A DNA stretch of 64,000 bases from Opitutales bacterium (GCA_965226885.1 CBDDEL010000014.1:570248-634247); one strand, 5' to 3'; counted from the first letter of the stretch, positions 31,994 to 43,111 are shown. Numbers and translations are program-made. Notes: a model not told the origin generated them from the sequence alone.

Positions 31994-33156
31994 CTATTTT
32001 CCAGGTGCCATTGAACCGTTTGCTTGAATCCATCTTCCGGGGTCATTGCAGGCTCCCAGCCAAGAATTCGTTGAGCTTTTGTGATATCGGCCTGCGTTTC
32101 CCGCATATCGGCGGAAATATTGGGACCAGGTTGAATCTTTGCTTTTTTGCCGGTTAGTTTTTCCAGCAATTGGAAAAGATTGTTTATAGGAAGTGGATTT
32201 TTTCCGCAGCCGATATTAATGATTTCATACCCCAAATCTTTAAGCCCAAGAATGGTCCCATCGACGACATCATCGATATAGGTGAAGTCACGCGATTGAT
32301 TGCCGTCACCGAATAATTTCAGGGGTTTATGGCCAAGAATCCACTCGATAAAACGAAAAGTCGCCATATCGGGGCGGCCGGCAGGTCCGTAAACTGTAAA
32401 ATATCGCAATACGGTTACATCGATTCCGTAAAGGTGATGATAGGTGTAAGCCAACGTCTCGGCTGACTTTTTGGATGCTGCATAAGGAGAGATCGGAGTG
32501 TTGGAAGGATGGGACTCGACAAACGGTGAATCCTCACCGGCATAAAGTGAAGAAGTAGAGGCGAGGACTAATTTCGCGGTTTTAAATTTTCGCATAGCCT
32601 CCAAAATATTGATTACGCCCAATGAATTAGTACGAAAATAATCTTGAGGAATTTGTAAACTCCGGCGGACTCCAGCTCGCGCAGCCAGATGGAGCACGGC
32701 CCGAGGTCGATGCTTGGCAAATATCTTGTTAATTTCAGTTTCATTTTCGATGTCCGCCTTATAAAAAATGAATTTGGGATTTTTCAGCAGTCGATCGAGG
32801 CGGAATTGTTTCAATTCGATGGGGTAGTAATCATTCAAATTATCCACTCCAATTACGCTGTGGCCCTGATCCAGTAATTTTTCCGTCGTGGCGGCTCCGA
32901 TAAATCCGGCAGCCCCAGTTAGAAGTATATTTTGCAAAGCTTTAATTCCTCACGGTTAGATACAGAATTACCGGTAACTGAAAGGATAAATTTATTGTTA
33001 ATGTCAATGCCAAGCTGCCGCCCCTGGCCGTTCGGCGTTTTGCTGAAGCCAGTCCGTATATCAGATTTTGACTGTGTGGATCCATAGAATCCGGCGGAAG
33101 CTTGCAGGCATTTCATGCTTCCGTAAAAAATTGAGGCGAAAAGGCCGTTGCCAGGA

Positions 33157-33726
33157 TCAGGTATCGATAAATTTCAATACCCAGGGCAAAAGTCCCCTCG
33201 CCTTTTTATTCCAGGTAAAAAGGTAACTCATTCTTTCCTCGAAAATTTTTCTTTTTTCAGACGGGCTATGGTCGAGAATTTGCTGGAGGTTGATCAGACG
33301 TTCCTCCCCGTTTTCAAGATGCGGCATGATGCGTTCCCGCAAAAAACCGGCGGAAAGATTGCGCAAACGCAGCTCGGCCACAAAATGATCTTTGCGCTCT
33401 CCGGCTATGTAGGTTGTTTTGACTGCTCGAATATTTCGCAAGAAACGAAGGCTCTGGCTTGTCGAGCCTTTGCTGATCTTCAGACGATGCATAATTTCGT
33501 TAAAAGTAAGAGGTTCGAGGGAGCAATAGAGGAGGCCATAAATCTCACCGACCGATTTTGGCAGACCAAGGACTTGGGCGGTCTGAACAAAAATATGGAT
33601 GATTTCGAGTTCAAACGGGCTGAGGTGGGAAGATATGGATGCGTCCGTAGAAATCTTGATCAAGGATGAGGATGAAATTGCAAAGGTTTTGCTTCGCTTC
33701 ACCTCTTTTTGCAGGTTAATGGCCAT
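33157..33726 (-). CDS. GbsR/MarR-family transcriptional regulator
   Basis: LGLPKSVGEIYGLLY...L.ISKGS.S..L..L...GERKDHF; start uncertain. Confidence 0.85.
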   Translation of the reverse strand: MAINLQKEVKRSKTFAISSSSLIKISTDASISSHLSPFELEIIHIFVQTAQVLGLPKSVGEIYGLLYCSLEPLTFNEIMHRLKISKGSTSQSLRFLRNIRAVKTTYIAGERKDHFVAELRLRNLSAGFLRERIMPHLENGEERLINLQQILDHSPSEKRKIFEERMSYLFTWNKKARGLLPWVLKFIDT

Positions 33727-33758
33727 AAATTCGCCAAATAATAGGGAGAAATCGACTG

Positions 33759-33778
33759 AGTTCAAGAAAAAATGAACT
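33759..33778. promoter_or_regulatory. Inverted repeat AGTTCA-N8-TGAACT, candidate operator
   Basis: Palindrome just upstream of the GbsR-like gene, with an extra TGAACT half-site at 33782. Confidence 0.4.
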
Positions 33779-33858
33779 ATGTGAACTTAAAATTTCCGGA
33801 AATATTTAAATTTCTATTTATCAGTGATCCCGAGGTCGGGTAGGGAATGCCGAATAAG

Positions 33859-34365
33859 TTATGAGGGGGTCTGTTCTAACTTTAGCAGCTTGGCAGTTTT
33901 TAGTTTATAGTAAAACCACAGGCCGCCTTGATACATAAAGGAAATTGCCAAAACCATTGAATAAAAAACGCGATTCGAGAAGGTTGCAAATTCTCCCAAT
34001 TCCTGGTCGCTCATCTCCAGGGTCAATCTAAGCATTTCCAGAATATCCGCTGGAACATCTTTTAAAGGATCGGAAGAATCGAATGAGAAAATGCTAAAAC
34101 AAACATAGGCGATGATCAAACTTAAAAGCCAGAGTTGGCTGCCTTTGAGCCATTTACCCGCATCCGACTGACCGTTGAGCAATTTTTTGCGGCCTTTCAG
34201 TTCCATGACACCGGAATAGGTGATGGCGATTCCCACGAGAGCATAGAGCCAATCCTGGAAGGCAAGCGAAAACAAAGTGCATAATCCGGCAAATACGGTA
34301 ATGCTACCGCCATTCCATTTTGAGACTGTCGCAACCCCACGAATTATTTTCTCTTTTGGGTCCAT
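33859..34365 (-). CDS. Hypothetical membrane protein
   Basis: 168-aa ORF with several hydrophobic segments and a GGAGG RBS. Confidence 0.7.
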   Translation of the reverse strand: MDPKEKIIRGVATVSKWNGGSITVFAGLCTLFSLAFQDWLYALVGIAITYSGVMELKGRKKLLNGQSDAGKWLKGSQLWLLSLIIAYVCFSIFSFDSSDPLKDVPADILEMLRLTLEMSDQELGEFATFSNRVFYSMVLAISFMYQGGLWFYYKLKTAKLLKLEQTPS

Positions 34366-34401
34366 TTATTATCCTCCGCCGAAGTTCGGATTGTAGAATG
34401 G

Positions 34402-35225
34402 TTATTCGTGAGAATGCGGCACAAAAGCGACGATCCGCAAGGGGCCGCCGCCGCCTCCTTTTATTTTCATGGGAAGCGCTATAACACGAAAGAACCTAAA
34501 GCCGGCAGACTGGAAAGGCGAGCCACATTTTCAAATACCGGGATATTATGTTTTAATAAAATCCGATGGCTGATAAAGACGCTCGATTGGCCGAAATCGA
34601 TGCTCGGTGTGTCCAGTCCGATCGCCCCTACCCTTCTATTTTCAGTCAACCATTGAGCCGCCTTCGGGTCCAGACCTGGAAAATGAAGCTTGGCCACGGC
34701 TTGGGGGCCTCTTTCATCAGTTCCCATGTATTTTTTGCGGTCGGGCCAAAATCGATCGTAACCAGTATTTAGAAGCAGTATGGCACCATCGGGTATTTTG
34801 CCGTGAAGTTCTTCCCAAGCAATCAAATCCCCAATGCTGACGAGATAGTCCGGATCGGGAAGCGCCTTCTCTACGACATCAATGACGGCTGCGAATCCCA
34901 GTAATTTTTCAAGCGGAATTTCATCGGCAGTCATTTTCCCCTCCGCGAAATGGATGGGCGCGTCCAAATGAGTGCCGCCATGCTCGGAGGCCCGTAAAGT
35001 ATTGGATGCGTAAAACCATCCGCTCTCGGTCATGCCGTGGTAATCCACTTTGAGGGAAAACCCATCCGCGGTTGGCCAATAGGGAGTTTTTTCAGAAAAA
35101 TCATGGGTCAAGTCGATCCATTGACCCTCCCCGAAAGGCGATGTTTCTCGACCCGACAGGAACGAGCCCGCAACAAAAAGGCAAAGCAGTAATAATGGGC
35201 GCGAAATAGGAAATCTTCTTTTCAT
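34402..35225 (-). pseudogene. Cyclase-family (kynurenine formamidase-like) protein with a frameshift near the C-terminus
   Basis: EHGGTHLDAPIHF, FPG, GLDTPSID, FENV; conserved tail ALPMKIKGG.G.PLR is in another frame after a 2-bp GT duplication. Confidence 0.8.
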
Positions 35226-35248
35226 AACAACTTTTAATTATTGATAAA

Positions 35249-36976
35249 TTACCTGGAAAAATAATTTAAGACTTCGACCAAAGGTTTCGTATTGAGTACT
35301 TGATCCTTGCCAAGCCAACCTTTGCGGGCGGCGTTTACACCGGCGTGGTAATAGTGAAGCCCCTCGGTGCTATGGGCATCGGGATTGATGGCGCAAAGCA
35401 GGCCCTTTTCGGCAGCGCTTCGCCATAGCCGCCAGTCCATATCCAGGCGGCTCGGATTGGCATTGAGTTCGATAATTTTACCATTGGCGAGGGCCGCCTC
35501 GATCACTTTTAGGCGGTTGATTTTGTAGGGCTCCCGGCGTAGAAGGATGCGCCCGGTTAAATGACCCACCATTGTCGTATGCGGATGTTCAATGGCCTTG
35601 ATAATGCGCGCTGTCATCTCATCCTCACTTTGGCTGAAAGCGGAGTGTACGGATACCACCACATAATCGAGTTTTTGGAGCACCGAATCGCTGAAATCGA
35701 GTTGGCCGGAAGGTAAAATATCGCATTCCGTTCCGGTCAACAACCGGGTCGTGTATTTGCCGGATTCGTTGATGCGCCCAATTTCTTCAACTTGACGGAG
35801 CAAACGCTCCTCATCAAGGCCGCTGGCTTGAAAGCTGGCTTTCGAATGGTCCGCGATGCCGAGGTATTCCCAACCGAGCCTTTGAGCCTCGGCTGCCATT
35901 TCATCGAGGGTATTGTGCCCGTCTGAGGCGATAGTGTGATTATGGAATACTCCCTTGATATGGGATGGCTCGATCAAGCGGGGAATTTTTCCATTTTCGG
36001 CGGCTTCGATTTCGCCCAGGTCTTCGCGGATTTCCGGCGGAATGAAATCCAGTTTCAGAAAACGAAAAAGATCCGCCTCGCTTTCGATATTCACCTCCAG
36101 CAATTCCTCGCTCCCGCTCTCCGGGCGTAGGCCCCATTCGGTGAGGCTGAAGCCACTTTGCAGGGCTCGCTGCCGCATACGGACATTGTGGTCCTTCGAT
36201 CCCGTAAAATGATGGAGGGCAAATACGAATTGCCTGGGCGGAACCACCCGAAGGTCTGCCTGGAGACCGCCCTGCAGTCGCACACTGGATTTAGTTTCTC
36301 CGTGAGCCGTTACTTCTTTCACCGATGGCTGGGCCGTAAACCAATCCATGACCGGTTGCGGGTGGTTGGAGGCGACTAAAAAATCGAGGTCGCCAACCGT
36401 TTCCAGGCGGCGCCGGAGGCTCCCTGCATGTTCGGCCCGCTCGACCGCCGGCAAGCCCCGCAAGCCCTCCAAAATCGGTTCCGCGGCGGCAAAGGCTGTC
36501 CACCACAAATGCCGTTTGCCATAAGCCTGGCGATTTTTTATCCCGGCAATTATTTTTTCCTGCGACTTTTCACCGAATCCGGGCAGGTCGGCCACCTGAC
36601 CGCTATGGCAAGCTGCCTGTAATTTCTTTATGGTATCAACACCGAGAGACTCATGCACGGCCTTGATTTTTTTCGCGCCGAGGCCGGGAATTTCCAGCAT
36701 TTCTACCAATCCAGGCGGCACCGATGCAACCAGCTTGTCGTAATACTCAAGGCTGCCGGTTTGGTAAAGAGTCTCGATTTTCTGGGCCAGGGCTTTGCCG
36801 ATGCCCTTGAAGGAAGTCAGGCGGCCCTCGGCGACAACTTCGGCCAAATCCTCATCGAGACTTTCCAATATACGCGCTCCGGATTGGTAAGCCCGGAATT
36901 TGAAAGGATTTTCGCCCCTTAATTCGAGCAGCAAAGCGATTTCGGAAAGCACCCCGGCGATGGTGTTTTTATCCAT
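35249..36976 (-). CDS. polX: DNA polymerase X with PHP domain
   Basis: GENPFK.RAY, GSLRR..TVGDLD, TGSK.HN, PPE.RE, HNHT..SDG, DAH. Confidence 0.93.
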   Translation of the reverse strand: MDKNTIAGVLSEIALLLELRGENPFKFRAYQSGARILESLDEDLAEVVAEGRLTSFKGIGKALAQKIETLYQTGSLEYYDKLVASVPPGLVEMLEIPGLGAKKIKAVHESLGVDTIKKLQAACHSGQVADLPGFGEKSQEKIIAGIKNRQAYGKRHLWWTAFAAAEPILEGLRGLPAVERAEHAGSLRRRLETVGDLDFLVASNHPQPVMDWFTAQPSVKEVTAHGETKSSVRLQGGLQADLRVVPPRQFVFALHHFTGSKDHNVRMRQRALQSGFSLTEWGLRPESGSEELLEVNIESEADLFRFLKLDFIPPEIREDLGEIEAAENGKIPRLIEPSHIKGVFHNHTIASDGHNTLDEMAAEAQRLGWEYLGIADHSKASFQASGLDEERLLRQVEEIGRINESGKYTTRLLTGTECDILPSGQLDFSDSVLQKLDYVVVSVHSAFSQSEDEMTARIIKAIEHPHTTMVGHLTGRILLRREPYKINRLKVIEAALANGKIIELNANPSRLDMDWRLWRSAAEKGLLCAINPDAHSTEGLHYYHAGVNAARKGWLGKDQVLNTKPLVEVLNYFSR

Positions 36977-37009
36977 ATGCCGTCATTCAATCCCACGGCC
37001 CTGAGAGGG

Positions 37010-38353
37010 TCAAGCCCGCCCGGAATTCTTGTTAAAAACCGGTTCATAGGCGCAACCTTTTGGATAAGTTTCGCACATTTGAATTCCTTTTTGCAAAAAA
37101 TGCATTTCGGCAGAATTCGTAGCCAGTGAAAAGGCCTTATTAAAAAAGTTTCCGGCTTTCTCCGTTTGGCCGTTGCGTAAAAGCATTTCCCCCATGGTGG
37201 CGGGCAAAAGGTAGTAATTCATTAACGCTTCAGTGTTTCTGAGCAGCTCCAATTCCGCCAGAGCAGCGGCGGGTCCTGCAACCATCCCCAGGTCTACAAT
37301 TTTATTCAAAGCGTAAATCGGGGAGGAATCACTCTGGCAAAGACAATCGTAATAAAACAGGATATTCTCCCATTCGGTGGCTTCGTAACTTTCTGCTGAG
37401 GCGTGGCAGGCGGCTATTCCAGCCATTAGATGGTATCGGCTGAGGGCTTCCCCTTTACCCGCGCGGTCGAGATGATAGAAACCATGCTGCAAAGAACTTT
37501 TGTCCCACTTCGAGCGATCCTGCTCCGATAGTAAAAGCAAGTTTCCGACCGTATCCACCCTGGCTTCCGAGCGTGAATTTTGAAAATGCATCAGAGCCAG
37601 CAAAGCGTGTACCACTGGCATATCGCCAACCGGGTGATTCACCAAAAAATGAGCCAACCGAATGGCCTCCTCGCACAAATCTCGCCGAATCAGCGAATCA
37701 CCCGCTGTCGCAATGTAACCTTCATTGAACAGAAGATAGATGGTTTCGAGAACGGCCTCCAACCGCCCCGGCATATCTTCGCTTTTCGGTAATTTAAACG
37801 GGATCCTGGTTTTCCTGATTTTGCGTTTGGCCCGCACCAGACGTTGCGCTACAGTTGTTTCCTGCAGAAGGAAAGCTCGTGCAATTTCAGAAACGCCAAA
37901 TCCCCCTACAGTTTTCAGGGCCAGCGCTACCTGGGACTGGCGGCCAATTATCGGGTGGCAGCAAATAAAAACCAAGGTCAGTTGGTCGTCCTCAAGGGAA
38001 TCGTCTTTATTAAATAGAGATTTAAAGGGCTCCTCAACGTTAAATTCGTTAGAAATGAGATTCAATTTTTCCCGAAGACGTTTCTCCCTTCTTAATAAAT
38101 CGAGAGCACAGTTTTTAGCTACCCGAAAGAGCCAGCCGCCGGGGTTTGCCGGGATTCCATAAAAGGACCATTTCCGAAGCGCCTTGAGCATGGTTTCTTG
38201 AACCACATCTTCAGCCAAATGCAGGTTTTCCGGCCCAAACAGGCGGGTCAAGGAAGCGATCATTTGTCCCGCTTTGTGCCGGAACAAATGTTCGACTAGG
38301 ACCTGAACTTCTTCTTCAGCCGAGTCGGCCCCGTCTTTTCCTTCTCTCTTCAC
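37010..38353 (-). CDS. ECF sigma factor with long C-terminal (TPR-like) extension, ECF42-type
   Basis: AEDVVQE, F.CCHP, EIARAFL...AQRLVRAK, YLLFNEGY; adjacent DGPF gene. Confidence 0.88.
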   Translation of the reverse strand: MKREGKDGADSAEEEVQVLVEHLFRHKAGQMIASLTRLFGPENLHLAEDVVQETMLKALRKWSFYGIPANPGGWLFRVAKNCALDLLRREKRLREKLNLISNEFNVEEPFKSLFNKDDSLEDDQLTLVFICCHPIIGRQSQVALALKTVGGFGVSEIARAFLLQETTVAQRLVRAKRKIRKTRIPFKLPKSEDMPGRLEAVLETIYLLFNEGYIATAGDSLIRRDLCEEAIRLAHFLVNHPVGDMPVVHALLALMHFQNSRSEARVDTVGNLLLLSEQDRSKWDKSSLQHGFYHLDRAGKGEALSRYHLMAGIAACHASAESYEATEWENILFYYDCLCQSDSSPIYALNKIVDLGMVAGPAAALAELELLRNTEALMNYYLLPATMGEMLLRNGQTEKAGNFFNKAFSLATNSAEMHFLQKGIQMCETYPKGCAYEPVFNKNSGRA

Positions 38354-38356
38354 TGG

Positions 38357-38707
38357 TTAATCGAGAACATCAATTTCACGCAATTCTATGTTGCCACCGT
38401 CGGGAAAAATAGGGCAGTTGGCTAGAAGCAATGCGGCCTCATCATAATCAGTGGCTTTAATGGTAATAATTCCACCAATAGTTTCCTTGGTTTCAGAAAA
38501 AGGACCATCAAGGACGATTTGGCCATCTTTCGAATTTAAAAAACGCACCCCGTCGTCCGTCAATTTATCTCCTCCGCTGAGAATTCCTTTTTCAGCCAGG
38601 GATTGCGTCCAGTCCCGGTAACGCTGGATGGATTGCTGGGTTTCCTCCGGCGACATTTTTTTAAAGGATTCATATCCTCCCCTCAACATTACAATGAATT
38701 TAGCCAT
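38357..38707 (-). CDS. YciI/DGPF-domain protein
   Basis: DGPFSETKE.IGG motif. Confidence 0.9.
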   Translation of the reverse strand: MAKFIVMLRGGYESFKKMSPEETQQSIQRYRDWTQSLAEKGILSGGDKLTDDGVRFLNSKDGQIVLDGPFSETKETIGGIITIKATDYDEAALLLANCPIFPDGGNIELREIDVLD

Positions 38708-38845
38708 TTGTTTTCTCCTTTTAAGTGTGTTTATTCACATTACATTAAAGTGGAAAATTTTTAAATATTTTCCTGATTAATAAACGAACTGTAACGCTAT
38801 GAATCGACATAATCGGAGAAAAAATTCAGCCTCCCCGATGGTTTA

Positions 38846-40822
38846 ATGATTGAAAGAAAAGGAAATATTAAAATAGGGACAACTGCGATTCTGATATTAT
38901 TTGCTGCCGTCAACCTCATGTTGGGCGATTTTGAGCGGCTCTCCTACCGTAATCCTGGCTTGATAATCGATCTTGGTGTGGGCCTTTGGGCAAATCCGAT
39001 GCCCATGGATTTTGACGGCGATGGCGATCTGGATTTGCTGGTTTCGACAGATGACGTGCCGAGCAATGGTGTTTACTTTTTCGAGAATGTTGATGGCAAA
39101 GTGAAGTTTCCCGTATTCAAACCGGGCATTAGGATCGGCCCCGGTATTCGCAGTGTGGATATTTCTTATGTCAACGGAAAGCCCAAAGCGCTCGGCCCGG
39201 CGAAAGAATATGTTGATTTTCCTCAGCACCAATTTAATCGACCCGTACCATTGCCCTTGGAGACCGATATTTTTGGAGAGGGAAAAATTCGCGCCAACCA
39301 GTGGAAGCTTTGCGATTATGATGGCGATGGAAGCGTCGATCTAATCGTTGGAGTTGGTGTTTGGGAGGACTATGGCTGGGACAACGCCTACAACGAAAAG
39401 GGGGTGTGGACGAGCGGGCCGTTGCATGGATTTGTTTATCTGCTTCGAAATTCGGGCAGCGATGAGTCGCCATCTTATGGCGAACCGCTATTGGTAAATG
39501 CCGATGGCAAACCAGTTGATGTTTACGGGATGCCCTCCACTAACTTTGCTGATTTTGACGGCGACGGCGACCTTGACCTCATGTGCGGATCGTTCGTTGA
39601 CAGGTTTGCCTATTTTGAAAATATCGGGACAAGATGCGAACCCCGCTACGCTGCCGGGCGGGAGCTGACGCGAAATAACAAGCCGATACGGATGGATCTC
39701 TGCATGATTGTGCCGGTGGCCATCGATTGGGATGAAGATGGCGATGTCGATTTAGTAGTCGGGGAGGAAGATGGGCGCGTCTCTTTACTGGAACATACAG
39801 GAAAGGTGGTGGATGGGCTGCCTCAGTTTTTGCCTCCCAAGTTCTTTCAACAGGAGGCCGACGCGGTGAAATTCGGCGCATTGGCCACGCCCTTCAGTAT
39901 CGATTGGGACGATGACGGCGATGAAGACATCATAAGCGGAAACACGGCCGGTTATATTGGGTTTATCGAAAACCTGGACGGAGGATACCCACCCAAATGG
40001 GCGGCTCCTCGTTATTTAAAAGGAGGGGGAAAGACTATTCGGATTATGGCGGGCAGCAACGGTTCCATCCAAGGACCAGCCGAAGCAAAATGGGGTTATA
40101 CAGTGCTGAGCGCAGCCGACTGGGATGCAGATGGACTGACCGACCTGGTGGTCAACTCGATTTGGGGAAAAGTTATCTGGTTCCGCAATAGTGGGACTCG
40201 CGGAAACCCAAGACTCGATCCTGCCCGCCCGGTAAAAGTTGATTGGAATGGGAGCCCAGCAAATCCAGAATGGAATTGGTGGAGCCCGTCTGACAATGAA
40301 CTTGCCACCCAGTGGCGAACAACGCCACTGATTATTGATTGGAACGGTGATGAATTAAACGATCTGATTATGCTTGATGCAGAGGGCTACCTGGCATTTT
40401 TCGAACGTCGGCAAACGAGCGGGGGGCTGACCTTGACGACGCCCAGGCGAATATTCCGGGGACGCAATGGTTCGGTTTTTGGGAGGGACCACAGGATGAT
40501 TGAGGATGGAGAAGGGCTCCTTGTTTTAAACAATGGCTTTGCAGGTAAAAGCGGACGGCGAAAATTTGCCATGACGGACTGGGATCAGGATGGAAAAATC
40601 GACCTGCTGGTAAATTCGCGGAACATCAACTTCCTGCGAAACGTTTCCACTGAAAAAGACAGGGTCGTCTTTCGAGACGAGGGTCCGTTGGGAGATGCAA
40701 AACTCGCTGGGCATACCACGAGTCCGGCCCTCGTTGACTGGGATAATGATGGCATTAAGGACTTGCTGGTCGGGGCGGAAGACGGGTTTTTCTATTATTT
40801 GAAAAATCCACACTCAAATTGA
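38846..40822 (+). CDS. Secreted FG-GAP/VCBS-repeat protein
   Basis: Signal-like N-terminus; about nine D(W/F/Y)DxDGxxDL repeats. Confidence 0.88.
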   Translation: MIERKGNIKIGTTAILILFAAVNLMLGDFERLSYRNPGLIIDLGVGLWANPMPMDFDGDGDLDLLVSTDDVPSNGVYFFENVDGKVKFPVFKPGIRIGPGIRSVDISYVNGKPKALGPAKEYVDFPQHQFNRPVPLPLETDIFGEGKIRANQWKLCDYDGDGSVDLIVGVGVWEDYGWDNAYNEKGVWTSGPLHGFVYLLRNSGSDESPSYGEPLLVNADGKPVDVYGMPSTNFADFDGDGDLDLMCGSFVDRFAYFENIGTRCEPRYAAGRELTRNNKPIRMDLCMIVPVAIDWDEDGDVDLVVGEEDGRVSLLEHTGKVVDGLPQFLPPKFFQQEADAVKFGALATPFSIDWDDDGDEDIISGNTAGYIGFIENLDGGYPPKWAAPRYLKGGGKTIRIMAGSNGSIQGPAEAKWGYTVLSAADWDADGLTDLVVNSIWGKVIWFRNSGTRGNPRLDPARPVKVDWNGSPANPEWNWWSPSDNELATQWRTTPLIIDWNGDELNDLIMLDAEGYLAFFERRQTSGGLTLTTPRRIFRGRNGSVFGRDHRMIEDGEGLLVLNNGFAGKSGRRKFAMTDWDQDGKIDLLVNSRNINFLRNVSTEKDRVVFRDEGPLGDAKLAGHTTSPALVDWDNDGIKDLLVGAEDGFFYYLKNPHSN

Positions 40823-43111
40823 GTGGTCCTCGACCTGATGAAAATCGATTTTGCCAAGGTCATTTCGCGGAATTTCCGTAAGGCATTTCCAACTTTTTGG
40901 AACCTGGCTGGGGTTGAGACCCTTACTGATGGAGGCTTTGATACTATCCGGGGATGTTTCCGCTGTTAAAGGAACATAAAGGGCAACAACTTTTTGCCCC
41001 CACTCCTGGTCGTTGACTCCATAAACATAAACATCCGCAACCAGACCAGATTTCACAATCGCCTGCTCCACCTCGGCGGGATCAACCTTTTCCCCGCCAG
41101 TAATAATGATTCTATCCAAACGCCCGGTCACATGCAGGTTTCCGTCACAATCAAGAAACCCCTTGTCTCCGGTGGCAAAAGCAGATCCCGACTCCCTGGG
41201 CGTATCGGGATAATATCCCAGGAATAATGATTTTGAACGAATATGAATTCTGCCTTTTGTTCCAGTTTCGGATGATTGCACACTATCATCGCTAATATTG
41301 ATTTCCACACCCGGCATGGCCTTCCCCGACCCCTTTCGGCCGAAGAGAAATTCTGCGGGAGGGAGCGCCGCGCATACCGCCGCTGTTTCAGTCATCCCGT
41401 AGGAAGGGGCCAGGCGGATACCTTCATTTCGAGCCAGTTCGAGCAAATCATGGTCCACTTTGCCACCTCCCAGGAGAACCATTTTGAATCTTCTCAGCCA
41501 GGCGGTGGTTTCTTGGCAAGCAAGGAGCCGGCGCAATTGCAAAGATACCAGTGAAATAATAAATTCGCCGGGATTGAAATCGGGAAATCGTCCCGCCAGG
41601 AGTTCTTTACAGGAACCGAAAACCACCTTGCCCCCAGTCTGCCGGGCGCGGACCAACTGCATTAATCCGCTCACATGATGGAGGGGAAGGAGGCAATAGC
41701 TATTCACCGGAGCGATGCTGAACCCGGCCACGAAAGAATCCACCGCCGCCGTCAGGGTGTCCCGCGTATGAACCGCAAAGCGCAGACTGCCTGTGCTCCC
41801 GCCAGTTGGAATAAGGACGGCGCCCTCGGCCCTGAAGGCATCCTCCAAGCCGCCGCTTTTGCTTTTTTCAGGGATTGAAAGCCCCTCCGGTATTGAACCG
41901 CAAATTTCGTCAGGCTGTACCAGAATAAAAAGATCTTCCCATCGAGAAATCCCCCATTCGGTATCGGCCAGGAATATCCGGTTTTTTCCATCTTTTAAGG
42001 CCTCAGAAAAGAATTGTTGGAATTTTGCGGGGTCTTTCTCACAAAGGAGTATATCTTTTCCGTTTTGCTCCACCGGAATCGATGTTTTAGTTGGAGCATT
42101 CAACCGATTCCAGATTTGCGTAAAATCTTCCACTGTTAACAAATCCGGGTTCAGTTCCGGGCCATTCCCATGCAGGGATAGACCATCTTCGGCGAAATAA
42201 CGGTTGGTTCCGAACCCCAAAGCAAAATCCGTATTGCCAGCCTCCGCAGCCAACTTCAACCCGGCCTGAAAACCGATGGCCGTCTCGAAGGCGGAGGAAA
42301 AAATCAAAGGACAGGGACAATTGGACGACCATTTGAGAAAAGCCTTTGGCGAACCCACCATTGAAGTCTTCACCACCAGCGGGCCCCTCCAATCGTTGGC
42401 AACCAAATCTTTCAGACTGTGCAAACCAGTGGCCGATTCATCCAGAGCGATGGCCGTGGAATGAGTCTCCGCTAAATCCCGCATCCGTCCCAAAGACTCC
42501 ACGGGGAGAGGCTGCTCCAGAAACTCGATCTTGTCACAGCCTCGTAATAGTTCCAACCAGCGTTTGGCCTGCCATTGATCGAGGATTCCATTGGCATCGA
42601 GCCGGAGGCGGCCGCGGCCGCTTGGCGGTAGGGCGGTCACCAGCCGGTGAAATATTTTTTCTTCGGAATCGAAAACGTCCACCCCAATTTTCCATTTAAA
42701 AGTTGTGAAGCCCTCCTCTGCCAGGCGGATAACCTGATCAATAGCCTGTTTGCCGGAAGGAAGAAGGGCCGCCGTGCGCAGAGGGGGATTTACCTCAATC
42801 CGGATTGCACCTTGAGCGGCCATTGTTTGAGCCGATTCAAAGGCGAAGCGAACACAAGGAAGGGATTTGGGTATTACCTTGATCTGGCTATCTTCAGTTT
42901 CACCGCCTAAATTCTGGCAAAAATGCAGTGCCTCGGGCAGGCTTTCAGTAGCAAAATGGGGCAAAGGGGCCATTTCACCATAGCCGAATTTTCCAGCCTC
43001 GTCCTGTAGGCGGACGATGGCCCCTACCCTCTGTGCGCTATAAGCGGTTCCCAACCGGACCGGCTGGATGAATTTCCGTTTATAGGGCTTAAATTGAATC
43101 CGGTATTTCAT
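40814..43111 (-). CDS. menC-menE: Fused o-succinylbenzoate synthase (MenC) / OSB-CoA ligase (MenE)
   Basis: N half: GE.APL, KWKIG, RLDAN, EQP, ALDES; C half: TGGSTG, LPLHHVSG, YGMTET, TGD, GGEKV.P.EVE. Confidence 0.85.
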   Translation of the reverse strand: MKYRIQFKPYKRKFIQPVRLGTAYSAQRVGAIVRLQDEAGKFGYGEMAPLPHFATESLPEALHFCQNLGGETEDSQIKVIPKSLPCVRFAFESAQTMAAQGAIRIEVNPPLRTAALLPSGKQAIDQVIRLAEEGFTTFKWKIGVDVFDSEEKIFHRLVTALPPSGRGRLRLDANGILDQWQAKRWLELLRGCDKIEFLEQPLPVESLGRMRDLAETHSTAIALDESATGLHSLKDLVANDWRGPLVVKTSMVGSPKAFLKWSSNCPCPLIFSSAFETAIGFQAGLKLAAEAGNTDFALGFGTNRYFAEDGLSLHGNGPELNPDLLTVEDFTQIWNRLNAPTKTSIPVEQNGKDILLCEKDPAKFQQFFSEALKDGKNRIFLADTEWGISRWEDLFILVQPDEICGSIPEGLSIPEKSKSGGLEDAFRAEGAVLIPTGGSTGSLRFAVHTRDTLTAAVDSFVAGFSIAPVNSYCLLPLHHVSGLMQLVRARQTGGKVVFGSCKELLAGRFPDFNPGEFIISLVSLQLRRLLACQETTAWLRRFKMVLLGGGKVDHDLLELARNEGIRLAPSYGMTETAAVCAALPPAEFLFGRKGSGKAMPGVEINISDDSVQSSETGTKGRIHIRSKSLFLGYYPDTPRESGSAFATGDKGFLDCDGNLHVTGRLDRIIITGGEKVDPAEVEQAIVKSGLVADVYVYGVNDQEWGQKVVALYVPLTAETSPDSIKASISKGLNPSQVPKSWKCLTEIPRNDLGKIDFHQVEDHSI

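Larger units (their letters stand above)
29964..32937 (-). pseudogene. NAD-dependent epimerase (UDP-glucuronate 4-epimerase-like), last ~20 codons separated by IS1
   Basis: TGAAGFIG, HLAARAGVR, YAASK, FTVYGP.GRPDM; native tail ENRSWLPAII...FIG* at 30036-29964; may still work with an IS-derived tail (ORF 31936-32937). Confidence 0.8.
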
